A DNA stretch of 64,000 nt from Hydrolagus colliei (taxonomy: Eukaryota), in contig CM068752.1 in the NCBI GenBank assembly GCA_035084275.1, forward strand, positions 7,812,001 through 7,876,000. The letters run 5' to 3'. The notes beneath the pieces were generated by a model. The model was not told the DNA's origin, ran no database searches, and saw only the letters and a program-made list of their open reading frames with translations. The position numbers and the translations under genes are program-made. Positions 22,820-40,958 of the stretch are shown here, in pieces. The first letter of the stretch is position 1. Every line of letters starts with the position of its first letter.

Positions 22820-25800
22820 CTGCGCGCACGCGCGCGACCTGGAGTCTCTCAGGGGAGACCAGGGCGGTTCCCAGTGACGGATAGACTCACCTCCTGGCAG
22901 CCCTGGCACTGGTTCCAGCTTCATCCCCGACTCCATGCTCCCATCCTTCTCCTTCCCCCGAGCAGCCTGAGACCTGCCAGCAACACAGAGATAGTTAGTC
23001 AGGCTATACACACAGGGTTAGGGTTAGGACACTCCAACATCATCCTGGAGGCAAACAACAATAAAGTCCTCTTTTCCACCACCCACCACCTCCTCCACGC
23101 ACCCCCTCAGGCCTTCTCAATCTTCACTTCAATTGCGAAGTGCGAGGAGGTCATGGATTTCTTTTCTTCCAAGATCCACAATATCCGCCAGGCAGCTTCA
23201 TCCTCCTGCCTCTCGTCACCCTCTACCACCCCCACCCCATCCCCCTCAACCCCCCCATCTTCAGCTCCGACCTCAACCCCCTTCCTACACTCCTTTCCCC
23301 CCCCCCCACCCCCGTCTCTCCTTCCTCCCTCTCACGAACGGTTTATCCTCCCGCTCTTACTCAGTTACCTGTGGGATACCCCAGGGATCCATCCTTGGCC
23401 CCCTCCTCTTCTTCATCTATATGCTCCCTCTTGGGGATGTCATCCACAGAGACATGGGGCACACTTCCACATGTACACAGATGACACCCAACTCTATTTC
23501 TCCACTTCACTTCGCGACCCCCAGTCCTTTGATGTTCTGTCAGCCTGCCTTTCAGACATTAGGGGCTGGATGAGCGCAAATTTCTTGCAGCTGAATGTTG
23601 ACAAGACGGAGGCCATATTCCTTGGCTCTCATCAACGTCTCCATTCACATGGCTCTCACCTCCTCCACCTGCCCCTAAAACTCTCCAAACCCGTGCGCAA
23701 GACTAGGCATCAGGTTCGACCCCCAACTGTCCTTCCTCCCCCACATCCGGTCCGTTACCAGCACTGCCTTCTATCACCTCCGACGGATCGCCCGTCTCCG
23801 GCAATACCTCACCCCAAAAGCCACCAAAACCTTGGTCCACGCCTTTATCACCTCTCGGCTGGACTATTGCAATGCCCTCCTCGCCGGTCTCTCCTCTACC
23901 ACAATCCACAAAATCCAGCTAATCCAAAACTCCACTCTCCACCCCTCTCACCTCCCCCACTTGACGTTGAGCCGGCGGCCGTTGATGATGAGTTTGTTGA
24001 AGGATTTCTCGGCTGCGAGCTCGGCGGCCTGTCTGCTGGCAAACTGTATAAAGGCACATTGCTGTCTCTGCACCACTGTGATCGACCGGACCTCCCCAAA
24101 CTGGTAAAAGTGATTCCTGGGGAGAGAAGGGGTGAAAGGGGTGGGGAGAGACAGTGACGGAGAGAGAGAGAGAGAGAGAGGGAGGAGTCAGCAACACATT
24201 AATGCACACACCGGCCCCTGATAGAAGCTGAAAACCCTTGATTCCTCCCCCTTGGAGGACAACTGCGATTATTCAAATCCAGCTCACTCAGGCCTCCCAC
24301 ATAAACACAGCCAGACAGACGGAGACAAACATAGAGACAGACATAGAGACAGACTGGCAGGCAGGCAGATATAGAGACAGGCAGTCAGGCACTGCAGCAG
24401 GAGAGGGTGGGGCTGCAGAGTGGGTGGGGGAATCTGCACAAGGTCAGGGTCACTCACCGTAGCTCTGTCTCACAGATCTGTTCCCCCAGCCCCCCCACGT
24501 ACAGGGTGGTGATGCTCCTGTCCTCGGGGGGGTCCAGCCGGGGCATGGTGGCCGCTCGCTTCAGCAGCTTGTCAGCCACGGGGTCGTTGATGCCGTAATA
24601 ACGGTCCTTAATGTTCTGGTCGGCCAGAGGGTCGTCAGGGTCTGTAGGCTTCTCGTGTCTGCACAACAACAACATCAACATAGGAATTTAATATACAGAA
24701 GATCGAGGTCCACCGTACTGGCAGCCACTTGCACCTGTCGTGCCCCAAACTATATACTGTATCCCTGGATATTACTGCCTAACGGATATTGATCTCATAT
24801 GCTTTTGGCATCAAATCCACTCAGTCCTCGACTGTTTGTGGCGGACGCTGCTGTCTGCGCTCAATTGGCTGCCCACGTTTCGCCCACAAAACACCAAGTC
24901 GGTTTCACTTCCTAGGGGATCCCGTCAGACGCTTCGCGATGACGCAAAGATAAGATCAGGCGTTGCATCATAACCATGGATTATTATTATTGTTAATAAT
25001 AATTAACTTTCTGGTTTTACTCCCTGTCTCCCCACGGAGCCTGTTCCATATAATGATTACGACTCGCTGAGTGAGTCGTGGTTTCCTCAGATTTCTATTC
25101 TCTCCCCCCCACCCCACCCCGTTCGATCGCAGGCGATTTACCTGTAGGGACACTCCTCTCCTCTCTTGCACTCGCCTTTGACCCAGAAAGAGCAGATGTG
25201 GGGGCGGTTCCGCTTGTAGTAGGGGGTGGTGCGAGCCAACTTTAGCAGCATGTCACTGGAGCTGGTGGCCTTGCCCAGCGCCCCCACCGGCCTGGTCCCA
25301 TCAGAGCCCTGGATCTGCACACGACACCAACCGTCAGCCTCAGTGCAGGAATCATACAGGCAGAACAACACCGGTCTCTCCACACATGACAGGCGGAAAC
25401 AGTAGCCACACACACGACAGGCAGAACAACACACACACACGCACGCGGTCACACAGGCAGAAACACCCCCCTCCCCCCCCCCACCCCAGATATGCAAGTG
25501 GAAAACAACCTAATCACACAGGCGGAGAGTACAGGTGGAAACACACACACACACTCTAAAGGTAGAAACCATATATACACACACAGTACAGGAGGAAGCA
25601 ATAACCCTCCACTCTAAAGGTAGAAGAGGGCAGATTGTCGTGTTTTACCTCGCGCTCCATGTTCTGGGTGTAATACTCCTTGTTCACGTCAGACTTGGGC
25701 ATCTCGTCCTTCAGTGACATCCCAGCGTCTCGCACCTGGATTGGCAGCCCTGGGGACAGGCAGGTCAGTCAATCAATCACAGAGCACAGCAACAAGTGCA

Positions 25801-27914
25801 GGTCAGCACACCAGAGCACTCTACATCGACAAGGGAGCTTGGTGGCGAGGGGGGGGGGGGGAAACGACGATGACGACTGTAGACATGGGTGAAGAGGAAG
25901 GTCTTCAGAAGAGACCTGAAGATGGGGTAAGAGGTTGGGGGGAGGGTGGGGGGCGCAAGGTAGAGGGAGAGTGTTGCAGAGTTTAGGGGCTTAGTGGCTG
26001 AAAGCGCGGCCATCGATGGTGAAATGGAGGCAGAGGTGATGTCCATCAATCTCCCACTCTCCGCTCCCTCCCTCCTATCAGTCACGGCGCCGTGGTCTCA
26101 CCATATTCCAGGTCCAGGAGGCAGGTCTGACACACGTTCTTCAGCTTGCTGCAGGTCTGACAAACCTCGGTCTTTTTAAAGCGCATCCGAGCTCCCGGGC
26201 ACCAGCGGAACACAGTGAAGGGCCTCGAGCAGATCTGGGGGAAGGTCACACGGCACATGTCACCCAACCCACCATCATATCCCAAATACACACACACTCC
26301 CGTCAACACAGCTCTGTGAGTATCACAAACCAGTGAAACTTTACAACACCGATGAGATGTGTGCAATAGGGGGTGAAATGTGAGACTGAAACAAACGAAT
26401 TACATTTATACAATGCCCTTCACGATGGGAGAAATCCCAGGGCGCTGGAAGGCTTACCTTGCATTCCTTTCCATATTTCTCTTTTGTCTGAAAACATCAA
26501 ACAAACAACCTGGTTACACACAATCATGATAACCACAGTAATAATAATAATCATCGCTGTGAACGTACAGACAAAGGTTGTGGAGTAAATTGAGGGTTTG
26601 CTCTCTGTGCGTTTTACACACTTCCTTGGCTTTCTGCGCGTGTCTCGGGTCTCGAAATGCCAGCCATTCACGAACGGGAAAGGCAGAGACTTACCATGCG
26701 GATGTAAGGGTTTTCGCCCAGGCATGTCTGGCACAGGATCGGGAAATCCTAAACAAAGTGCAAGAAAGAGTACATTAGCCAGACCATAACACAGCGACAA
26801 GCCCTGAATAGCCAAACAAACGCCAATCGCAGCTCTCCCCAGCTAGTCTCAAGACTTTCCTTTTGAGGCCACCCTCCCTCTCCTGCGACACTCCGCCTCT
26901 CATGATCCCAATCTCTGGCTCGGGCTACAAACCCTTCACCGTCCAGCGCTTCGGGATGTCCTCCCGGCGTGAAAGGCGTAGTGCAAATGCAATTGGGTTG
27001 TTGTTGAAGCTTACGGGAGGAGACGGGCGTCCCCACGGAAACACACACGAAAATAATAACTATTATTTATTGTAACAGATTCCCGGCTGGCCAAAACCTT
27101 GGCCAAGTTTCCTCACTCCACATACACACCTGATAATAAATAATCCCTCGAGAAGAAAAACTATCAATAAAAAAAATTGGTCATTTCAATCCCCGACTGC
27201 GAGGATGCTGCTGTGTGTCTGTGTGAACAGTCAATTCACTCACAGTATATTCTGTGAAGCGCTTTGAGACACAATCTAGAAGACGTGATAAGGTGCAATA
27301 TCAAACACGTATTATACATTATTATATATTATTATATTACTAGAGTATGATTATATATGACTATATAGTATTATGTATTACTAGATAGTATTATTAGATA
27401 TTATTATGTTATTATATATTACTATATTACTAGAGTATGATTGTATATGACTATATAGTATTGTTATGTATTATCAGATAGTATTATTAGATATTACTAT
27501 AATATGTTATTATATATTACAAATGCCAGTAGCTTCCCAGAGACAGGACCAGAGGCTGGAGCTGCCTGGCTTCCCCCTGGGAGACGGTAACACACACAAT
27601 CCCCCTCCTGTGACTCTCCCTGTGCGTCTTCCCGAGGCTCAGCAGCGGGAGCAGGGGCTGGGGGAGAGTCCAGGCCCCGAGTGTGTGGCGGCCTCGAGGC
27701 CCGGGAGGGGTGGGTGGGGGGGGGGGGGGGGGGGTGGCCTACACCGCCTCCCCAGCGCCCCTAGGCCTCTGCTGTCTGTCTCCCCACCCTCCCTCCCTCC
27801 CTCCCTCCCTCCCCACGGGGCTCTCCAGGCCTCTCCTCTCGGTCTCCCCGGGCCGCTCACCGCGTCCTCCCAGTTCTGCCTGTTGTAGGTGTTGGCCCCC
27901 AGCGAGGTGGCCAT
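22187..27914 (-). CDS. RBM22: Pre-mRNA splicing factor RBM22, 412 aa, 11 exons: 27914-27861, 26748-26695, 26487-26458, 26234-26102, 25749-25649, 25314-25142, 24658-24458, 24116-23952, 22973-22891, 22625-22515, 22320-22187
   Basis: [36 protein letters not shown], the CCCH finger ([26 protein letters not shown]), the RRM (TTLYVGGLG...CAFIQFA...LNVKWGR) and the C-terminal [14 protein letters not shown]. Exon lengths sum to 1239 nt with an intact frame. Confidence 0.96.
23030..23935 (+). mobile_element. Decayed L2-clade LINE ORF2 (reverse transcriptase) fragment, antisense in RBM22 intron 8
   Basis: Frameshifted RT motifs [54 protein letters not shown] and [19 protein letters not shown]. Confidence 0.88.
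27331..27520. repeat. AT-rich tandem duplication (period about 90 nt) in RBM22 intron 1, extending a SINE (TAT)n tail
   Basis: tatattactagagtatgatt[a/g]tatatgactatatagtatt occurs at about 27333 and again at about 27423. Confidence 0.75.
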
Positions 27915-28030
27915 CTTCCCGGCTCCCACACTGCCCCGCGCTGCCCGTAAATGACGCCTGACTGCGGGGCGGAAGTGGCCCCCCCTCACTGGCCCACAGC
28001 GCTACTTGCCCCGCAGTCCGGGCGGAACCC
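27905..28030 (-). promoter_or_regulatory. RBM22 CpG-rich promoter/5' UTR with GC-box, ETS and YY1-like motifs
   Basis: GGGGCGGAAGTG at about 27966-27977, GGGCGGAA at about 28021, and AAGATGGC spanning the ATG. Confidence 0.45.
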
Positions 28031-28834
28031 CCTGAGTTGTAACTGGTGTTCCACATAACAAAGTTTCTTGGCCGCCTTGTGCATCCCCAACCTCACCCAC
28101 CAGTCCCAGCAGAACTTAACAATCACTGAGGTTTGGGTCCGATGTGATTTGGCCCTGGTTTTTTTTTTGTTTCAGTAAAATGTTCATGGAAAAAAACAAG
28201 CAGCTGATTTGTTTGTTTGTTTGTTTGTCTGACCCCCAAACCATTTGTTTTCCTGTAAGCCAATCAATTGTTCTAAAACAACAACTTGCATTTATATATT
28301 GCCCTCCACATGGGGCGGAGAGGAAAGGTGACCATAGGAATAATTGAAGTGAAAGATCTTCAGGATCGACCTGAAAATGGGGAAGGACTGGGAGCAGGTT
28401 CTTGCTGTCACACGACGAGTGTCCACCAGGCAGCACCAGAGCTCCAACACCAAGGAGCCAGCTAACATCTCGGTGATTTATAATAACAAATTGCATTAAT
28501 ATAATGCCTTCGATGTCAGGAGGACATCACAAACTGCTGGGCGGTCAAGACTTTGCATTGTTGCATTTGAATTGAAACGTGGACCTGTTCTACACAGAGA
28601 GAAGACCTGTTCTACACATTCAGTGTCTATTCCAACACACAGGCTGTTCAAACTGAAACTTACAATATATAATAGGCCAGGGATCCTATCTGCTGCTCAA
28701 ATAGATGCGTAAAGATGCTACACCATCGAAAATGATAAGTTTCTCCTGTTGTCCTGGCCAAAAAACCTCCGGACTAACTCGCCATCCACCTCTCTTATGG
28801 TTGTTTGCCATGTGAATATACTCAAGACAAAAAT

Positions 28835-28970
28835 CAAAATACTACAGATGCTGGGAATCTGTTGAGTTCTGCTGAAGAGTCATGGACCCAAAACACTCAC
28901 TCACTTTCCTTTCTCCATGGATGCTGCCTGACCTGCTGAGTTTCCCCAGCAATTTCTGTTTTTGTTTTTG
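28835..28970 (+). mobile_element. Penelope-type terminal-repeat fragment with a degenerate hammerhead motif
   Basis: Same repeat as 52136-52345 (acagatgctgg...actttcctttctccatggatgctgcctgacctgctgagttt). The core reads tgagtt-CTGCTGA-agagtc-atg-gaccc-AAAA. Confidence 0.6.
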
Positions 28971-28999
28971 CAGCCTGTAACACACTCGAACCCTACAAG

Positions 29000-29137
29000 T
29001 TGTTTCTCCTCATACTCCAGATATCTCAATTCAGCTCTGAATCGCGCCGTCCTTCTCTGTATCCTCTCTACACCACCATGTCCTGGTCTGTCCTGTAATA
29101 GTGACCAGAATTGGACAATGGCTCTGAATCCCAGCAC
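29000..29137 (-). mobile_element. CR1 LINE ORF2 fragment
   Basis: Translation VQFWS...VERIQRRTAR..AELRYLEYEE resembles the CR1 consensus VQFWSP...LERVQRRATRMI.GL..LSYEERL. Confidence 0.6.
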
Positions 29138-30569
29138 AATGTGCTATTTGCAAATACCCCTCCACCCCACCACCCACCCCCACCCTGAGGGGCTGTCACA
29201 CAGTAAAGAATCAGGAGCCTTCACAAGCCTGGGTTCAGTTACATTTATTGGTAATTTTGTTCAATTACACTAATTAAGAGCAATAGGTTTAATTACGCTG
29301 GAATATCACAAATATGTCACAACAGAAGCAGTGCAATAAGCCATCAAACTCCAAATTCTCATTGGAAATTGGGCTATTATAATAATAATCATTGCATTTG
29401 ATATAGCGCCTTATGTCTTCGAGACGTCTCAAAGCGCTTCACATAATATACTGTAAAGTGTAGTGACTGTTTATTTAGTGGGCGAAAGGCAGCAGCCAAT
29501 TGCGCACAGCAGTGTCCCCACAAACAGTCGTGGTCCTGCAAAGGTCCTTTAGTGTTGCCTCAGGTGTCCATCATTCCATAGAGAGAGAGAGAAAGCCCCA
29601 GCACTACAACCTCAACAAAAAACTTAAGTGGGCACTAGGAACTCATGTGTTTTTGTGTGGGGGGGGGGGGTGGGTGGGGGGGAATAGATTACACAAAATG
29701 GTTTTCAACAATATGAGGCCAGTCAGTTTTCTGCCTCACACACCAGACATGGAAACATCAATCACATCAGAGGCTGTGAAGACATCCCCGCTGCACCAAA
29801 TCCCAGACTAGTCTGGATTGGACTAGAGATGCACAAGCTTCACAATTTCAGGATAAAATGGGAAGGAATGGGTGAGGGGCGAACAAACGAGCGGCTTCTC
29901 ATTGACTCTTGCCGCATTCACCGAGATAAGAAGCAGCAGATTTACTGAGACTCGGGTCCTCACACCTTCTCAAACAGCTTAAGAAATATGTAGTTAAAAA
30001 GCACGTTTGGGCGGGTGGCTTGTCCCCATGTAAACCTCAGCCTCTGGCTGACTGCCAGTTGCTGCTGACCCCTCGGCCACTTCCCTCCCTCTCTCCCGTC
30101 CCTAAGCAGTAAAGCTTACAGGCTTGGTTTGAGTGGGAAATGGCTTAGCCTTCCAGTGAGATTTTTATTCTGAGCGGCTGTTATTAATACTGGGGGTCAT
30201 TTCCACCACCGTGATCACAACCAGAGGATCCCAAACCAGGGCTTGTGCTCTGTTGGCATCACACAAGAGGCGGCTAACACCAGGGCCCACCACTCCACAT
30301 GTTCAAAGGAATAGGAGTTAACGTGGGGAGGGGGGAAAAAGGAGAGTTTGCATGAGTTCTTCCTCCTCCAGTCCCTCATCCTTCCAACATGTTGTGTTCT
30401 GAGCAGCAGCCACAGGCGTTAGTGGAGCCAGTCTCTGGAGCTTGGGTGGTGTGGATGGTGGTGGCGGTGAGGGGGGGGGGGGGGGGGGGGGTGGGTGAGG
30501 GTAGGAGTGAGGTGGGGAGAGGGTGAAGTTAGCTACACGTGGCCAGATCCCACCCACACAGCCTGGGCC

Positions 30570-37201
<6,632 letters not shown>

Positions 37202-37369
37202 CTTGGCCCAGTGACATCAGCGCGTCAACTGGCGCTGGTACCTCCCGGTGACGCCATGACGCTAAAGCCAGGCGACGTCACAGGGCTCCTTGACCAAAAA
37301 AAAGGCTGTGGGGGGGGGGGGAGGGCTTTGCTTAAAGTCAATAAACTATTTAATTCTTTAACAATAACA

Positions 37370-37935
37370 ACCACAACAAAATGTCATGTACAGAGCGCCC
37401 ATCACGTAGGGAGGACGATCCAAAGCATTGAACAGTCAGGGACCCGAGCAAGGGGCAGGCGTGGGAGAGAGTTAGGAGCGGAGGGAGAGAGTTGGGAGGG
37501 CAGCAGAAGGCACGATCATAGAGCAGGGTCTTGAGATTGGCCTTGAAGGAGGTAAGGGAGGGAGCGAGGTGAAGGGACCATGGGATGGAGTTCCAGTATG
37601 TGGGGACAGAGAGGCTGAAAGCCCAGCCACAGATGGTAGGGCGGGTCGGGCGGGGGATATGGAGCACACTGCTGTTCAGAGGGGGCGAGCAGGTTCATAG
37701 GGGGACAGCAGATTGGAGAGATAGGGAGCGCAAGGCCAAGAATGGCCTTAAAAGTGAGGATGAGGTTCTTGAATTCGATCTGCTGGGGAACATGGAGCCA
37801 TTGGAGCTGGGAGAGGGTGGGAGTGATGTGGTCGCGGAGCCTGTTGCGGGAGAGGACACGAACTGCAGAGTTCTGGATGATCTACAGTTTGTGAAGGGAA
37901 GAGCCAATGAGGAGGGAGTTACCATAGTCAAGCCT
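37370..37935 (-). mobile_element. L2 LINE 3' portion (end of ORF2 plus 3' UTR and (GTT)n-like tail)
   Basis: Minus-strand translation fragments GWAFS..PTYWNSIP..L..SLTSFKANLKT and a tail gcgctctgtacatgacattttgttgtggttg. Related fragments lie at about 6085-6350, 25900-26030, 44270-44660 and 57370-57560. Confidence 0.75.
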
Positions 37936-40890
37936 TGAGGATGAGGGTTAACCTTGTTTAATCTGGTCATTTGTTTCCACATGGCTACAACAACAACAAC
38001 CTGCAATTTGTTCCCATTTGGTCCCATCAACAACTCCTAATCCCCCCCTTCCCACCCCACCCCGTACCCAGCTCGGGTCTAACACTGTGACTGTCCAGTG
38101 CCTTGGGACGTCCTCCTGATGTGAAAGAGTAATTTTATTGTTGTTTGTACAGCACCCGTCACATGTGGAAGTTTGAATAAATAGAATATAATAATAATTC
38201 TTGCGTTTCACCCACAACTATACAGTAAATTCACTTTACAGTATATTCTGTGAAGTACTTTGAGACATCTACAAGACGTGGAAAGCGCTATATCAAATGC
38301 AAGGATTATTGTTATTTGATACAGCACCTTATCAAGACTTCTCAAACTGCTTTCACAGCTTATACTGTAAAGTGTAGTGACTGTATTCTGTGGGAGTTCT
38401 AATAAACTAGAATATCTTGTAGGTGACACGCAGCAGCCAATCAATTGCACGCAGCAGTTTCTCACAATTGCACCTCCAGACTTTAATTATTGTGTTTCTC
38501 CCCCAAATCTCCAAATTCCGCCATTGCATTTTGCCAACAACATCAACAACTTGCATTCATATAGCGCCCCTCACGTGGGGCAGGGTCTTGGAGCACTTAT
38601 TAGTGGCGGAACCTGTTACCGAGTTGCAGGAAGGGAGGATTGGACTGTAAGATTGAAAAGGAAGATCTAAAATTCCAGGGCCTAAAAGACACAACGACCA
38701 CCTACCTAACCAATCAAAGATCTCCATGGATTATTCTATACACCCTCCTTTCACATTATCACAAACTTCTATGTGAAACGTGATTTACTGTTAGATGGTT
38801 TACCTTTAATTGTAGGATGACAGGCCCTGCTCTGCAAAGCTGTGGCTATGACACGCATGAATCAGGAGACTGCCATTGATTAGTTGTTGTTCAGATTGCC
38901 ATTAAAATTTCAGGAGTATACAGGAAGAACATTTATTATTAAATTGAAGCAATTCTTACCCGCCTCTAAATGTCAAACCCGTAAACCAATTTATTTGACA
39001 AATAAAGATTTGATTCCCCGCTTGAATTTTCTGACAAAAATCCTCCTCCATTGGCCCCTGGTTGGTCTGTGTGTAAATTGTCTATTCACCTTCTGTCTCC
39101 TGAGCCCAAGCCCATGTACCCTGGAGTCACCAGGCCTTGGATTCCCAGAGGAATTCCCTCAGGAAAGGAGCTTCTGTAGCTCAGTGGTTAGTTACAAGCG
39201 TGAGACCTGTGTTCAAATCCAGACAGATAAGATGAGAAACCTTGGGCAAGTTTCCTTTGGGACCCTGCTGTGTGCAATTGGCTGCCGCGTTTCACCCACA
39301 AATATATACTTTACAGTATATTCTGTGAAGTGCTTTGAAACGTTGATAAGATGTGAAAAGCGCTAGATCAAATGCAAGGATTATTAATATTATTATTATT
39401 ATTATTATAGTCTGACCCTCTTCAAACCCATTTCGCAATCAGCCCCTCAGACGATTGATTCCAGGCAACGCTGCGAATCTTTCCAGTAACTCACGCTTCC
39501 CTTTTCCCTGAAAAACAATCTAAGACATGTTTCAGAGAATGGACCCCATTCTGTGAAAGGATATTTCAGGCGTCCTGCAAGTGAGCCCCTCAGTAACGTG
39601 TGTAAATCACCATAAGTCAAGTGAATTGTTAAATATCGGGTGATGAGCTGTGTGCGTGGCGGAGAGGGGTCCTTTGGTAAGTGGTTTGTCAAGCAGACAG
39701 GAGGAAACCTCAGCAGAGCACTGAGGATGAAGCAGTAACTAGATTAGCCTGAGAGCTGCCCAGAGACGACAACAACCATCGATCTGACTTCATAGGAAAC
39801 ATCAAGAGCAGACAACCGGATAAAAGGAATAATCCACTTAAAGGGCTAAGATTTGTTACTGTAGAATCAGAGGATGTTATACACACACACACAAAGTCTG
39901 CGCTGGTCTACATTAGCCAACTGGTCACATCACCCACTCGCTCGCTCCCCCAAACCCTGTCATATTCCTCCTCTTTCAGCCTCAATCTCATTCCGAATGA
40001 ATTATTAAAATAATTGATATCTTCGGCTTCAACTGCAGTTTGTGGCAGAGATTCCCATGTTCCAACCACTCTCGAGACATGTTTATTCTTACCTCTCCTA
40101 TAAATTGAATTGTGATTATCTTAAGTTGATACGCCTTCAATACTGACTGACTCTAAGCATTCCGAGACCCTACCCCAGTGAAAGGCCCTTTGTTTGTTTG
40201 TTCTCTTCTAACATTTATGGAGATTTTAAATGATAACAGAACGTTAATCAGCTGATTGAGTCATGGAATCTATGCTTAAGATTTAATCAGTGGTTTGTTT
40301 CTGGCATGGGATACTGTTATTAAAGTAACAGAGAGAGACACAGAGCCAGCCAAGCTTTGACTCAGGCACATAACAGGAAGAGTGTTTTATCTTTTATAAT
40401 AATAATCCTTGCGTTTGATATAGCACCTTATACATCTTCAAGACGGAATATACTGTGAAGTGAATTGACTGTATATTTTATGGCCGAAACGCAACAGCCA
40501 ATTGCACACAGCAGTGTCCCCACAAACAGTAGTGGATTGAGAGTCCAAATTCCAACATGTACATTCGAGGCTCCAAAGAAGTCTCTTCAAACAGATAAGA
40601 ATCCAGCGACACTTTTGGAAAAGGGAAAGGAATTTCTTCCAGTGTCTGGGCCAATAATCTTCTAGAGAAACTGACCATTCACCTTGTGACAGTTTATGGG
40701 AGATGACTATACAATAAATATAGTTAAAAATATATTTTCTGGCACCGCCCTCTCGCACTGCTATCTGCTATCGCACTGCTATCTGGGTGCAGCTCAATAC
40801 GCAAACACACTTTGTTCCATTTAGATGCTCAGCTGTTGTGATTATCTTTGTCTCTTTCTCTGTATGTGCGTGTGAATCTCTCTATATGTC

Positions 40891-40958
40891 TGTGAGTGTC
40901 TATATGACTGTATCCCTGTCTCCCCTGAGTGAGAGAGACAGTCATATAGACACTCACA
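40891..40958. repeat. Perfect 21-bp inverted repeat with a 26-nt loop (68-nt hairpin)
   Basis: tgtgagtgtctatatgactgt (40891-40911) and acagtcatatagacactcaca (40938-40958) are exact reverse complements. Confidence 0.85.

Noticed and set aside
22787-24157. 456-aa plus-strand ORF
   Set aside because: A chance fusion of a microsatellite, antisense RBM22 exons and frameshifted L2 RT pieces.
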